IMG/VR virus record: IMGVR_UViG_3300044695_006401
Source: a virus
Lineage: Duplodnaviria; Caudoviricetes
Strand: one strand, 5' to 3'
DNA length: 64,000 nucleotides
The notes under the pieces are model-generated. The model saw only the letters and a program-made list of their open reading frames with translations, ran no database searches and had not been told where the DNA came from. Shown piece by piece: positions 10,507 through 19,877 of the stretch. How positions within the stretch are numbered: the stretch's first letter is position 1; the number at the start of each line of letters is the position of its first letter. Position numbers and translations under genes: made by a program.

Positions 10507-12438
10507 TTATGATTCAAATCTTGTTTTAGACTTGGACAATAGATTTTTTTGACTGAATATTTCCATCACCTTATTTTTAAGGCTTCTTTGGAATTCTGCG
10601 TCTCTTGTTAGTATTTCGGCTAAAGGTCCGGATGTCAACCCTTTAACATTCAAATCAACGCTTATATTGAAATTATTATCTACCGTTTGTGTAATGTTTT
10701 GTGAAGTTTCTTGTTTTGTAACAATTTGTTGTAGGGGAAGTGTTTTTTCTTCAGGTCCTTTCAAACTTACATTTTTAGAAAGTGTATCTGAAAATGAACT
10801 TGCATTCATATATGTTTCAGTTAAAAGACCTATTTTCTTATCTAAATCGGGTGCAAAAATTGCTTGGTCGTCTTTAATAAAATCAAACATTTCACCCTTA
10901 CCTAAAGATAACATTTTTTTTCCTTCCCCAAAAAAAGCATCCTCCTGTAGGAGGTCTATAGCTTCAACCGCTTTAGGTAAATTAGCACCCTCAGTATCTG
11001 ACCTTGAGGGTTTTTGTCTATCAATTTCGCCTTTAGTATTTGAAATCATAGTTCTTAATTCGGCAGTATTTGTTAAAAGTCCTTTTGGTATGTCTTTAAG
11101 ACCGTTCGCAACATTTTGTGTTCCTTCAAATAACGATTGTTGTCCTTCCTTTATTGTAGTCAATACATTATTTCTCTCAGTTTCAGACAAACTTTTTAAC
11201 ACAACATCCCTAATTATTCTAGCATCCCTTTGCGTTGATTCTTGAACACCTAATGTTTGTTCAGCAAGTTGCCTATCTGAAAGGTCAGCTTTATCTTTAT
11301 AATCTTTTAACGCCTGTTCAAGAGCCGCAGGATTATTTTGAAGGGTTTTGACTAAATCATTAGTTTCGAATCCAGGTATTTTAAGTTCTAATTTACCTCC
11401 TTTTCCTATTTCAGTAAGGGATTTAACCAAGTTCATTGATTCTGGTGAAATTTTAGAATCAAAGCCAGCAGTAATAAGTTTGTTCGATATTGCAGTTTGT
11501 TTTGCAGCCTCTCTACCAATTTGAATGAACTTTTTGTAGTCCCCATTTATCGCTTCAACAGATGCCTTTAACCTATCTCTTTGTAGAGCATCTATCGTTA
11601 TTTCACCTGTTGCGTCATTTACCTTAAATGCTGATTCTGCAAGATTAATAAATGAATCTTGTAGTTTCCCTACATCGTTTCTTCCTGCATTTAAAAGTTG
11701 TGTGAAATTTGTTAAGTCAGAACCAAATCCGCCAATCATACTAAGTGTTTGTGCCATTTCGATAGCCTTTTCAGGGTCCAACAAATTTTCCATAGTTTGT
11801 TCACTAACTATATCCCCCAATTCAACATTCAAAGACTGAGCCTTTGCTGTCATTTGTGTTAGACCATCAACTCCACCTTTAAATGCGTATGAGTCTACTA
11901 ACTGTAAGTTCTTGTTTACATTTTGCAAAAGTTGTGAGGCATCCAATCCTGATTGTCTTGCAATTTTTGCAATCTCGGCCATTTTTTCAGCACTTTTAGT
12001 TTGTGACTTTGTCAACCTCAGAAAAGCACCTTCCATCTTACCTAACTCCTTGGTTGCCAATCCTGTTGTTTTAGAAAGGGCAACCATTTGTTTTGCCACT
12101 TCAAAACTTGGTTGTACTATTTTTCCTGATTCTGTAGCCAATTCGGACATCGCATCTGTTACATCGGTAACACTACCGCCCATTTTTACAACATCTAAAT
12201 ATGAATCAATCAATCGATTTCTAAACTGATCGGTACTCATTACAACACCACTACCAATAGTCTTTTGTAGTTTCAAAGCACTATCGTTCATAGCAGTCAA
12301 GGTTGATATACCATTCTCAAAACCTTGTGTAATTCCCTTTTTGAACGCACTTGTAAGGTTACTAACTATTTCACCATAGGAAGTACCTAACTGATCAAAT
12401 TCACTAAGTGTTGTAGTATCGTCAAAAAATAATAACAT
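10507..12438 (-). CDS. Tape measure-like protein
   Basis: Helical Ala/Gln/Lys-rich 643 aa protein directly downstream of the tail chaperone pair and tube gene. Confidence 0.65.
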   Translation of the reverse strand: MLLFFDDTTTLSEFDQLGTSYGEIVSNLTSAFKKGITQGFENGISTLTAMNDSALKLQKTIGSGVVMSTDQFRNRLIDSYLDVVKMGGSVTDVTDAMSELATESGKIVQPSFEVAKQMVALSKTTGLATKELGKMEGAFLRLTKSQTKSAEKMAEIAKIARQSGLDASQLLQNVNKNLQLVDSYAFKGGVDGLTQMTAKAQSLNVELGDIVSEQTMENLLDPEKAIEMAQTLSMIGGFGSDLTNFTQLLNAGRNDVGKLQDSFINLAESAFKVNDATGEITIDALQRDRLKASVEAINGDYKKFIQIGREAAKQTAISNKLITAGFDSKISPESMNLVKSLTEIGKGGKLELKIPGFETNDLVKTLQNNPAALEQALKDYKDKADLSDRQLAEQTLGVQESTQRDARIIRDVVLKSLSETERNNVLTTIKEGQQSLFEGTQNVANGLKDIPKGLLTNTAELRTMISNTKGEIDRQKPSRSDTEGANLPKAVEAIDLLQEDAFFGEGKKMLSLGKGEMFDFIKDDQAIFAPDLDKKIGLLTETYMNASSFSDTLSKNVSLKGPEEKTLPLQQIVTKQETSQNITQTVDNNFNISVDLNVKGLTSGPLAEILTRDAEFQRSLKNKVMEIFSQKNLLSKSKTRFES

Positions 12439-12453
12439 ATTTTACTTTTTATA

Positions 12454-12460
12454 ATAAATA
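12454..12460 (-). promoter_or_regulatory. Late motif TATTTAT (tape measure)
   Basis: 15 nt upstream of the ATG. Confidence 0.6.
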
Positions 12461-12467
12461 TTAAAAG

Positions 12468-12590
12468 TTAATTTTTATTGAACGACTCGATCAACTTGTC
12501 AACAAAATATCTTCTCTCGAATGTTGGCATGCTCATTATATCACTATAAGTGAAGTTGACATACTTTGCGAGATAGAAAATCTCATCCAT
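12468..12590 (-). CDS. Small tail-chaperone C-terminal ('T'/gp51-like) ORF, 40 aa; absent from the ORF track
   Basis: MDEIFYLAKYVNFTYSDIMSMPTFERRYFVDKLIESFNKN*. The frame stays open upstream across the end of the gp26-like gene. Confidence 0.7.
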   Translation of the reverse strand: MDEIFYLAKYVNFTYSDIMSMPTFERRYFVDKLIESFNKN

Positions 12591-12600
12591 TAAATTTAAT

Positions 12601-13359
12601 TTATGATTCGAAGAAAGGGCGAAAAAACTCAAGCCCGAAGGACAGATTAACTGTTACCTTTTCTCCTGATGGGGCCATTACACTTCTTTTAAGATCTAAT
12701 TTAGGTTCGCACTCTGTGAGGAACTTTCTAAGGAATTTAGAATCGCCAATTGGCATTTGTGTTATAAAAGATGATATTTTATTTCTGTCCGTATCACCAT
12801 TCAACTCAACAATACTTTTTTCTAACCTTCTAGTTACCACAGGAGCAACCATTCCTTGTGGGTATGATTCTGATAATTTGTCTAATTCTTTCTCATCACC
12901 TAAAGTTAACAATTTAACTTTTACATTTTGATTTGTTTTTGGTAATGTGAAACTAAAAAGTCCATCATTATCAGGTTTGTGAATGGGATCAATAATATTT
13001 ATTTCTTCTAATAATAAAGAAATATCAAATGGTTTGTTTGTAGCTGGATCAGTTACTTTTAATTTATACTCAGACCCAAATGAAGTATTTCTTAAAAAAA
13101 TTAGGATTGCCTGCACATCTACATTTAGTAGCTGATTAATGTCAAATCCAGGTTCATAAATTTTAGTTTTCATCAAAAGGGGGATTACCCCATCACTCGA
13201 TAAATTGGGTGACAACAACATGTTTTCATCACTAGCCGTTAAATACCCGACTTTCAATGCTTCCCTTTTAGGTTTATAAAATATTCCTTTAGTTGGTAAC
13301 TTCACCACATCGTGTGGTAAGTTGAAGTCCATTTGTCCATATGATTCGACTGTATTCAT
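12601..13359 (-). CDS. gp26: T4 gp26-like baseplate hub/tail assembly chaperone
   Basis: VVKLPTKGIFY...LTASDENMLLSP...DVQAILIFLRNTSFG and a C-terminal FFRP; located between tube and tape measure. Confidence 0.7.
   Translation of the reverse strand: MNTVESYGQMDFNLPHDVVKLPTKGIFYKPKREALKVGYLTASDENMLLSPNLSSDGVIPLLMKTKIYEPGFDINQLLNVDVQAILIFLRNTSFGSEYKLKVTDPATNKPFDISLLLEEINIIDPIHKPDNDGLFSFTLPKTNQNVKVKLLTLGDEKELDKLSESYPQGMVAPVVTRRLEKSIVELNGDTDRNKISSFITQMPIGDSKFLRKFLTECEPKLDLKRSVMAPSGEKVTVNLSFGLEFFRPFFES
12621..12628 (-). other. Putative programmed +1/-2 frameshift site G-TTT-TTT-C
   Basis: U6 run at the FF codons near the chaperone 3' end; the shift joins the 12468-12590 frame. Confidence 0.5.
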
Positions 13360-13402
13360 AGTTTTTTATTTTAAATATACTTTACATCTATTATATGTAA
13401 AC

Positions 13403-13428
13403 AAAAAACCCACCTTGTGAGTGGGTTT
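13403..13428 (-). terminator. Intrinsic terminator after the tube gene
   Basis: AAACCCAC-TCACAAG-GTGGGTTT followed by a T run. Confidence 0.7.
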
Positions 13429-13451
13429 CGAACATAATAATATTTTTTATT

Positions 13452-13940
13452 TTAGTAAACTAATATACAACGATCAGGTCTTAATGTCGCATCAATAGTC
13501 ATGATGTCAGTCTTATCATAACCTAAGTCACCAAATTTAACATCGGTTAGGAAACAACCTTGTAATATCCACTTTTCAACCGCAACTCCTGTTGGGTCTA
13601 ACATTTCTAAATCGATGTCTTTTTTATACCCCGCAGCGTAACCCATACGACCTGTTACGGACTCAGCGTGTAAACGAACCCACTCCATTAGTGCTTGTGC
13701 AGCTGATGGTCCAATAGGGTCTCTAAACTTAACACTAATAGGTTCCCACTCGAAGTTACCAGCCACATATGTTTTAGTATTTAAAAAGGCGATATCTTTT
13801 GATTCTATTTTTATGCTTGGTCTTGATGTGCTTTCTACATACCAAGAATTGATTCCCAAAGATGTTGGGAAAGTCAATATAAATCGGTTAGCTCTTTTAG
13901 GTTCATACTGAAAGGGCATTTTCATTAACAAATCAGCCAT
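13452..13940 (-). CDS. gp19: Tail tube protein (T4 gp19-like)
   Basis: EPKRANRF...WEPISVKFRDPI...YKKDIDLEMLDPTG..VEKWILQGCF. Confidence 0.85.
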   Translation of the reverse strand: MADLLMKMPFQYEPKRANRFILTFPTSLGINSWYVESTSRPSIKIESKDIAFLNTKTYVAGNFEWEPISVKFRDPIGPSAAQALMEWVRLHAESVTGRMGYAAGYKKDIDLEMLDPTGVAVEKWILQGCFLTDVKFGDLGYDKTDIMTIDATLRPDRCILVY

Positions 13941-13974
13941 TGTTTAAATTTTTGTTTTTTCTTTTATTTTTATT

Positions 13975-13981
13975 ATAAATA
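13975..13981 (-). promoter_or_regulatory. Late motif TATTTAT (tube)
   Basis: Intergenic, upstream of the ATG. Confidence 0.6.
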
Positions 13982-14052
13982 TACCTTGTTTCAAATTTTT
14001 CTATTTACTTCCAAGTATTTTTAAAATATTCTTTAACTAGAAAGTTACTTAA

Positions 14053-14937
14053 TTACTTATTATATTTAACTTTTTCATCTCCTTTTGTTAGATATACGGA
14101 TATAGGAACATCTGGATATTCTTGAGACACTAAATTATCTATTGATTTTACATTACCTTCATCGTCATCTGAAAAACCGATCTGTAATATAATCTCATTA
14201 TTAGCGACACCGTTTTTGAAATAAGCTTTTTTCCCGATCTCATCAGCTAATCCTTGACAGTAACTTATGAACTTTCTCATTGCTATAATTTTTAATTTCT
14301 CAGGATTGGCAGCACTTCCTTGTCCAAAAGTTACGGGTTCATAAACACAAAGGTCCAAATATTCGTCAATTAACTCTTTGTCAGAAAAATTGACATCTAT
14401 TTGTTCGGTCACCATTTCATCTTCTGAGAAAAAATTTCGGTACTTTTTTAAGTTTTCAACTAGTAACTTACTATTGATACCGTTGTGGTTACTAACAATA
14501 AAGTTATACACACCTTCTCTTAAAGCCGAAGGGTTATGCCCTCTGGCCGTGATAATCGCAAATATTGATCCACCGTTTATACATTCAACAAAGTCATTCC
14601 ATGATGGTCCTGGTTTAGCAAGCATTGAGTCAATAACAAACCTTTTGTCACCCATTTCTTTGAAAAATTTAAATGAGTCCTTTGCAAACCCAACAACAGT
14701 AGTTCCCTTATAATAAAAGGGTTCAACTCCAATTTTGTGTCTGTGTTCTGCAAAATCTTCGGTAGACATACCGATTTCATCATCATTTTCGGTCAATACT
14801 ATAATTTGCGTTGGCATATAAACAATATTATCATCCCAATCGAATGCATAATATTTAGTGTCAGGTGTGCCTGTTTCATCAATACCCTCCGACACTATTC
14901 TGTTCAAATAGTTGTAAACATGTTTTTTTACATTCAT
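14053..14937 (-). CDS. HAD-superfamily phosphatase-like protein
   Basis: FDWDDNI (motif I), IITARGH (motif II), GFSDDD (motif IV). Confidence 0.65.
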   Translation of the reverse strand: MNVKKHVYNYLNRIVSEGIDETGTPDTKYYAFDWDDNIVYMPTQIIVLTENDDEIGMSTEDFAEHRHKIGVEPFYYKGTTVVGFAKDSFKFFKEMGDKRFVIDSMLAKPGPSWNDFVECINGGSIFAIITARGHNPSALREGVYNFIVSNHNGINSKLLVENLKKYRNFFSEDEMVTEQIDVNFSDKELIDEYLDLCVYEPVTFGQGSAANPEKLKIIAMRKFISYCQGLADEIGKKAYFKNGVANNEIILQIGFSDDDEGNVKSIDNLVSQEYPDVPISVYLTKGDEKVKYNK

Positions 14938-15074
14938 TATTTTCTAATTTTCTTCAATAATGTGTCCAACTGAGATTCAGTTAAAATAATGTTTTGTTTT
15001 TGTGTAGAAAAAGTTTCAGGACTCATTTTCTTGTCCCCTATACTTTCTTTGATAATTTTTTTCTCTATTTTCAT
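14937..15074 (-). CDS. Small 45 aa late protein; absent from the ORF track
   Basis: MKIEKKIIKESIGDKKMSPETFSTQKQNIILTESQLDTLLKKIRK*, TAATG-coupled to the HAD gene, with TATTTAT upstream. Confidence 0.65.
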   Translation of the reverse strand: MKIEKKIIKESIGDKKMSPETFSTQKQNIILTESQLDTLLKKIRK

Positions 15075-15085
15075 AGTCTTTTAAT

Positions 15086-15092
15086 ATAAATA
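15086..15092 (-). promoter_or_regulatory. Late motif TATTTAT (45 aa ORF + HAD)
   Basis: 11 nt upstream of the ATG. Confidence 0.6.
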
Positions 15093-15098
15093 TAATAA

Positions 15099-15118
15099 GG
15101 GGGATATTTCTATCCCCC
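15099..15118 (-). terminator. Hairpin/terminator after the sheath gene
   Basis: GGGGGATA-GAAA-TATCCCCC, GNRA loop, weak U-tract. Confidence 0.6.
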
Positions 15119-15132
15119 ATTTTTATTTTCTA

Positions 15133-18100
15133 TTATACATCATCAAAAGATGCTCCTGTTGGTGTAATAACAAACTCGATGTCGATGTATTCTAATGCTC
15201 TTGTAGGTTTCAAGAATATTTTACCCGTTAAAGTATTGGAATCCAAATCTTCAGGTGTGTTAGAAACTGTAACTCTAAAGTCAATCAAACCTCGGTCTCT
15301 TCTAATTTGATCCAAAATTGGGTTTACTGAATCCAAGAAATCTTGTCTAACTTTATCATCATTTTGTTCGAACAACAATCTGATTGCCACTGCCGAAATC
15401 AATTTACGAGCTTGAAGTAATAGTCTTCTAACATTAATTCTGTCAAGCGCAGACTCTTTAATTTGTAAAGTTTTATTACCCCAAATTACTGTACCCACAT
15501 CTGAGAAAGTTGCAATTGGGTTAATTCTACCTTTGTAAAGTGTGTCTCTATCTTCTTGTGTAAGTTTTCTTCTTGCTTTGATTGAATTTACCAAACCTCT
15601 TGTATATCCTGCAGATGCGAACCAAGGGAAAGCAATATTATCAGTCAAAGCTAAGTTTCTTACAACTTCAGCCGTTGGTGGTAAATAGATTTGTGTATTG
15701 TTCACAGTATCTCTTGTTAATACCCATGGGTAGTAAGTAGCCGTGTAGTTAGAGTCAATTCCTGTCTCCTCTAAGTTGTCCACAGCTTCTTGTGGGTATA
15801 TTAAACCTTCTGACACATCATTCCATGTTGGTAAGAACATGTTAAAATCAGGAGTAGTACAAATGTAAATTGAGTCTGCTCTATCTGATTCAATTAAATC
15901 AATTGCGTCTTCAACCAAGTTAGAGTTGTTCACATAATCGATACCCGGTGTTGTAAATATATTGATGTTTACCGCTTCAGGATTATTGAAGGTTGTTTGA
16001 CCCCATTTGTAAGCGTAGTAGTCAGTGTTTGCCCAAACCTCTTGGTTAGGTCCTGAAATTTGTTTGAAAGCTCCCCATCCAGTTGCTGTTGGATAAGTTG
16101 TGGATGGAGCTGCACCAAATTTATAACCTGTTTGACCAAGTGCGTATGTATCGGCGTTTGTTCTGTATTCTCTATAGATGTCCCATCCGTCAAAACCACC
16201 CGCAGGATACAATGTAAACTTACGAGTATTCAAACGATAGTATGGGTTGTCTACATCGGTTGGTTCAGAATTAAATGACCCGACACCTACTTCGAATGCC
16301 GTTTCACCAGAAGTGTTAAATCCTGCTGCGATTGTTACCACAGTGGCCCCACTATCCATGTGGAAACCTTTAACTTGGTAGTTCCATTCAGGACCTGTAG
16401 TATCTGTTGCTATGTTCGCAGGTTGTTGTTTACCTTTGTAATCGAAGAAGTCGTAGTCAACTCCGGTGATGTTAGAAATACCTAAGTATGCCTTTCTTGG
16501 GTTTTCACCATTTGAAATTACTGAATTGTCTCCCCCTGAAGTAGATCCGAAAGGTGGGTTATAAATTAAGTCACCAGGTTTCAAATATTTAGTTTTGTAA
16601 ACAATGAATGGAGGTGTTGCATCATCATATAATCTCATGGTGTAACCCTCAAAACCACATGGTAATGCGTCTTCAGGTGCCTCATCACTCATTTCTAACA
16701 TTATATATTTTGAATTCAAGTTATATTCTCCGTTTGATGTACCAATTTTATTAGCAACAAAGTTGTTTTGAGTTGGGTCTAATGAACAGTTTGTAAAACT
16801 TTCAATTACTCTCACATTTTGATCATTATCGTAGAAATCTCTAACAAACACATCAAATGTTCTGTTGTTAAATGACATATTTGCAATTGATATTTTAACT
16901 AATCTGTTTGCCGCATTACCATCAGAAATTAATTTGAATTTAAAAAGTTTGTATACTTTATTACCCCTCAATTCAGAAACAACATATGGTGTCTCAGGAG
17001 TCTGATACTGCTCCATGTAAAACCCGATTGAGTTTGTAGCTAATGATTTAGCACTATTTAATTCAACTAAATTACAATTTAAACCTCTGACATAACCTTG
17101 TCTATAACCATTTAAAAGAAGACTACTATAAACCTCCTCAACAAATAATGGAACTTCTGTTCTGTCTTTTGCAAAATTACTTCTACCGAATACTTTAGAA
17201 ATATATTCCGAATCCGAAGTAAGCATCGACGTTTCAAAACTGAAAGTGTCAGAATCTTTTGTTGTACCGGTAATTAAGAATGTTGCATATGGGTCTGTCG
17301 ACACACCTGAGTATGCACCTGTACAAACCATACTCACATCTGTTGTGCCCGTTACTTGATAAAGTGGTCCGTTTTGTGATGAAGAATAATTGGTAATACC
17401 TCGTGATCTTAATGTTGTAACTACAACATTATCCCATGTTGTGTTTGCGGTTGCAACATAGTTACTATAGAATACAGAAACAGTACCTGAATATGTTCCT
17501 GCCGTTGCACCTGTAGTGATAGTGGCCATTGATGCGCCAAAACCATAACCCGCATAAGTACCTGTCGGTGACGCTGGAGTATAATCAAATAATGCATAGT
17601 ACCAAGCATCGTTTGTGGATGCCGAAACATTTGTAGAAGTAAACAATATACTTGGAACTCCGAAAGTTTCGGTAGATGCTGAGACCGTACCCGAACCGTT
17701 TAATGTAACACCTGTTGTTGAGTTTGCGGTTGATTGACTTACAGAACCCCAGAATTGTGAAGTTGTACCCGTAAGTGGTGATGCCGCTACATAGTATCCG
17801 AGTTGGGTGGAAATGTAGGATTGGAAATCAGCATTTAAAGATGAAGTTCCACCGTCATATTGTGTGTAAGTACTGTAAAAATCAGAACTTAATCCAGCAG
17901 GTACTGATGTGATAGTAATATTAGCACTTGATCCTGTGGTACCTGTAAACTGTACTGTTTGAGGTCCTGTACTAGTTGTTGCCGATAAAGTCGCAGGATC
18001 TATATTACCTATAGTGGTAATAGACCAAGACGGTCCAGCATCATATCCTGATAAACCTAAAACTCTTGTCACAAACAACTGATTTGATTGTTGTAAGTAA

Positions 18101-18348
18101 GATTTAGCGATATATGAAGTTTCATATTTAGGGATTTGTGTGTTAACAAATTTTTCAGGACTAGTACCACCAAAATACACTTGGTACTCATCAAAATTTG
18201 TTATAAAAATTGGTTCGAAAGCTGGACCTTGTAAAGTCTCACCCACCAAACCAAGAGTTGTTACACCCACACTCTGTGCAACAAATGTTAAATCTCTTTC
18301 AGATGTATACACACCAGGAGACACAAATACTTTTGTTGATGAAGCCAT
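15133..18348 (-). CDS. gp18: Tail sheath protein (T4 gp18-like) with a Ser/Thr-rich insertion
   Basis: VFVSPGVYTSERD N-terminus; PWFASAGYTRG, INPIATF, WGNKTLQ, DRINVRRLL C-terminal motifs. Confidence 0.93.
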   Translation of the reverse strand: MASSTKVFVSPGVYTSERDLTFVAQSVGVTTLGLVGETLQGPAFEPIFITNFDEYQVYFGGTSPEKFVNTQIPKYETSYIAKSYLQQSNQLFVTRVLGLSGYDAGPSWSITTIGNIDPATLSATTSTGPQTVQFTGTTGSSANITITSVPAGLSSDFYSTYTQYDGGTSSLNADFQSYISTQLGYYVAASPLTGTTSQFWGSVSQSTANSTTGVTLNGSGTVSASTETFGVPSILFTSTNVSASTNDAWYYALFDYTPASPTGTYAGYGFGASMATITTGATAGTYSGTVSVFYSNYVATANTTWDNVVVTTLRSRGITNYSSSQNGPLYQVTGTTDVSMVCTGAYSGVSTDPYATFLITGTTKDSDTFSFETSMLTSDSEYISKVFGRSNFAKDRTEVPLFVEEVYSSLLLNGYRQGYVRGLNCNLVELNSAKSLATNSIGFYMEQYQTPETPYVVSELRGNKVYKLFKFKLISDGNAANRLVKISIANMSFNNRTFDVFVRDFYDNDQNVRVIESFTNCSLDPTQNNFVANKIGTSNGEYNLNSKYIMLEMSDEAPEDALPCGFEGYTMRLYDDATPPFIVYKTKYLKPGDLIYNPPFGSTSGGDNSVISNGENPRKAYLGISNITGVDYDFFDYKGKQQPANIATDTTGPEWNYQVKGFHMDSGATVVTIAAGFNTSGETAFEVGVGSFNSEPTDVDNPYYRLNTRKFTLYPAGGFDGWDIYREYRTNADTYALGQTGYKFGAAPSTTYPTATGWGAFKQISGPNQEVWANTDYYAYKWGQTTFNNPEAVNINIFTTPGIDYVNNSNLVEDAIDLIESDRADSIYICTTPDFNMFLPTWNDVSEGLIYPQEAVDNLEETGIDSNYTATYYPWVLTRDTVNNTQIYLPPTAEVVRNLALTDNIAFPWFASAGYTRGLVNSIKARRKLTQEDRDTLYKGRINPIATFSDVGTVIWGNKTLQIKESALDRINVRRLLLQARKLISAVAIRLLFEQNDDKVRQDFLDSVNPILDQIRRDRGLIDFRVTVSNTPEDLDSNTLTGKIFLKPTRALEYIDIEFVITPTGASFDDV

Positions 18349-18380
18349 TTTTAGTTATTAATAAATGATTTATTTTATCT

Positions 18381-18387
18381 ATAAATA
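18381..18387 (-). promoter_or_regulatory. Late motif TATTTAT (sheath)
   Basis: GTATTTATAGATA. Confidence 0.6.
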
Positions 18388-18444
18388 CATCATCAAAAAG
18401 TAAAAAACTGACTCTGATTCTATTATTTTAAAGGAAGTATGTAT

Positions 18445-18465
18445 TTTTTCTGCCTTTTTTCTGCC
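18445..18465. repeat. Direct repeat TTTTTCTGCC x2 (11 bp period) between the divergent sheath and RHH genes
   Basis: tttttctgcc-t-tttttctgcc. Confidence 0.6.
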
Positions 18466-18473
18466 TAATAAAA

Positions 18474-18480
18474 TATTTAT
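18474..18480 (+). promoter_or_regulatory. Late motif TATTTAT (RHH)
   Basis: 5 nt upstream of the ATG. Confidence 0.55.
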
Positions 18481-18485
18481 TTCTA

Positions 18486-18635
18486 ATGAAAAAAATCAAA
18501 AACATAAAAATATCAGTAGAAAGTCATGAACTACTAAAAAAGTACTGTGAAAAGAAGGGACTTAAGATATATAAATTTTTGGAAAATCTGATTAAAAAAA
18601 ATTGTGAAGAAGTAAAAGATATATACGGTGAGTAA
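18486..18635 (+). CDS. Small ribbon-helix-helix-like DNA-binding protein, 49 aa; absent from the ORF track
   Basis: MKKIKNIKISVESHELLKKYCEKKGLKIYKFLENLIKKNCEEVKDIYGE*: alternating beta strand followed by two helices. Confidence 0.7.
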   Translation: MKKIKNIKISVESHELLKKYCEKKGLKIYKFLENLIKKNCEEVKDIYGE

Positions 18636-19877
18636 TTATACTAAAGTAACATTAGTATAAATTGTTGCTGACTCAGAGGAATTCAATTTATTTACTTGCA
18701 CATTCAAAGTGTCTCCAGCATTTACTTGAATTGTCTCAATATCATCACCCAAATAATATGTTACAAAATTTCTTGTTACATATACTGAATATCCTGGTGT
18801 ACATGAAGATGAAGTCGTGATAGTTCCCCCAGTAGTATTTGATAATGTGGGTGTAGACCCACCTTGTACACAAACATTTCCTGTATTACCCGGCGAAAGC
18901 GATAATGTAGTTGGTGATCCGTTACAAACAGTGTAACTTAAAGTATTATTAGTTGTGGATGTGTAAAATATTTTATAGCAACTTTCGACATTGTCAGTTC
19001 TTAAGATTCTAATATCTGCATTATATCTGAATACCTCTGTCAATGAAGTATTACCTGTGACAAACAAAAAGTCTAAATTAAAATCTGTGGGATTCGGTGG
19101 TTCAATAACCGCCCTTTTTGATTTTTTTCTTGTATCAAATTCAAAAAGTGAAACTTGTCTTGAAATTGCTGGAGTAACCTCAAACTCTTCTTCATCTATC
19201 AAAATACCCATCATTAGTATTTTATATGTCGATATGTAATATTTTCTTTTTTCTATTTCTTTTACTGATTCATCTGAAACATCCTCCAATGTCATTGGAA
19301 TGTAGTGTCCTTTGATTTGCGTATATGCTTGTTTTGAAGTAAATGTTCTCATCATAATTTTGTTGAAGTCATTTACCTCTCTCATTCTATTACAAAATAT
19401 TCTTACATTATAAGTAATATCTACCGGAATTGGTTGTGGTATTTTATAAACATCCGCACCTTTTCTTTGACCGTCCCAAGTTGGGACACTGTAATAGAAG
19501 AACTGTCTTCTTTCTGGAATATTTGCTCTACCAGCATTATTAGTTCCGTATTTTACTTCAGGCATTCTAACAGTAGATATAAATGGTAATGTTATATTAC
19601 TATCTAAATCCTTAAAGTCCCAAGTTTCTGTAAATTGAATCCAACTTTGGTTTGTAATGATTCTATCTATTGTCGGTACTTTTTTTTCATCAACAACTAA
19701 CTTTAGTTGGTTCTTTACAAAGTCTAACATCCCCCTATCCAAATCGGCATGTAAAACACCCTTTGGTAAATAAGTTCCTTTGTCGGTTATTTCTTCCAAC
19801 AATTCCTGTCTTCGTTCTACCCCAACTTTCTGAGGGACTAAAGGAAGTTTTTTTATAAATTGTTTTGGTAAAGCCAT
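18636..19877 (-). CDS. gp15: Tail terminator/sheath stabiliser (T4 gp15-like) with C-terminal extension
   Basis: PIPVDITYNVRIFC...NDFNKIMMRTF; downstream of the gp14-like gene. Confidence 0.6.
   Translation of the reverse strand: MALPKQFIKKLPLVPQKVGVERRQELLEEITDKGTYLPKGVLHADLDRGMLDFVKNQLKLVVDEKKVPTIDRIITNQSWIQFTETWDFKDLDSNITLPFISTVRMPEVKYGTNNAGRANIPERRQFFYYSVPTWDGQRKGADVYKIPQPIPVDITYNVRIFCNRMREVNDFNKIMMRTFTSKQAYTQIKGHYIPMTLEDVSDESVKEIEKRKYYISTYKILMMGILIDEEEFEVTPAISRQVSLFEFDTRKKSKRAVIEPPNPTDFNLDFLFVTGNTSLTEVFRYNADIRILRTDNVESCYKIFYTSTTNNTLSYTVCNGSPTTLSLSPGNTGNVCVQGGSTPTLSNTTGGTITTSSSCTPGYSVYVTRNFVTYYLGDDIETIQVNAGDTLNVQVNKLNSSESATIYTNVTLV

Noticed and set aside
13974-13981. Reading TATAAATA as T4 late promoters firing away from the genes
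   Set aside because: The orientation consistently tracks the downstream gene as TATTTAT on both strands, and no genes lie in the TATAAATA direction at most sites.
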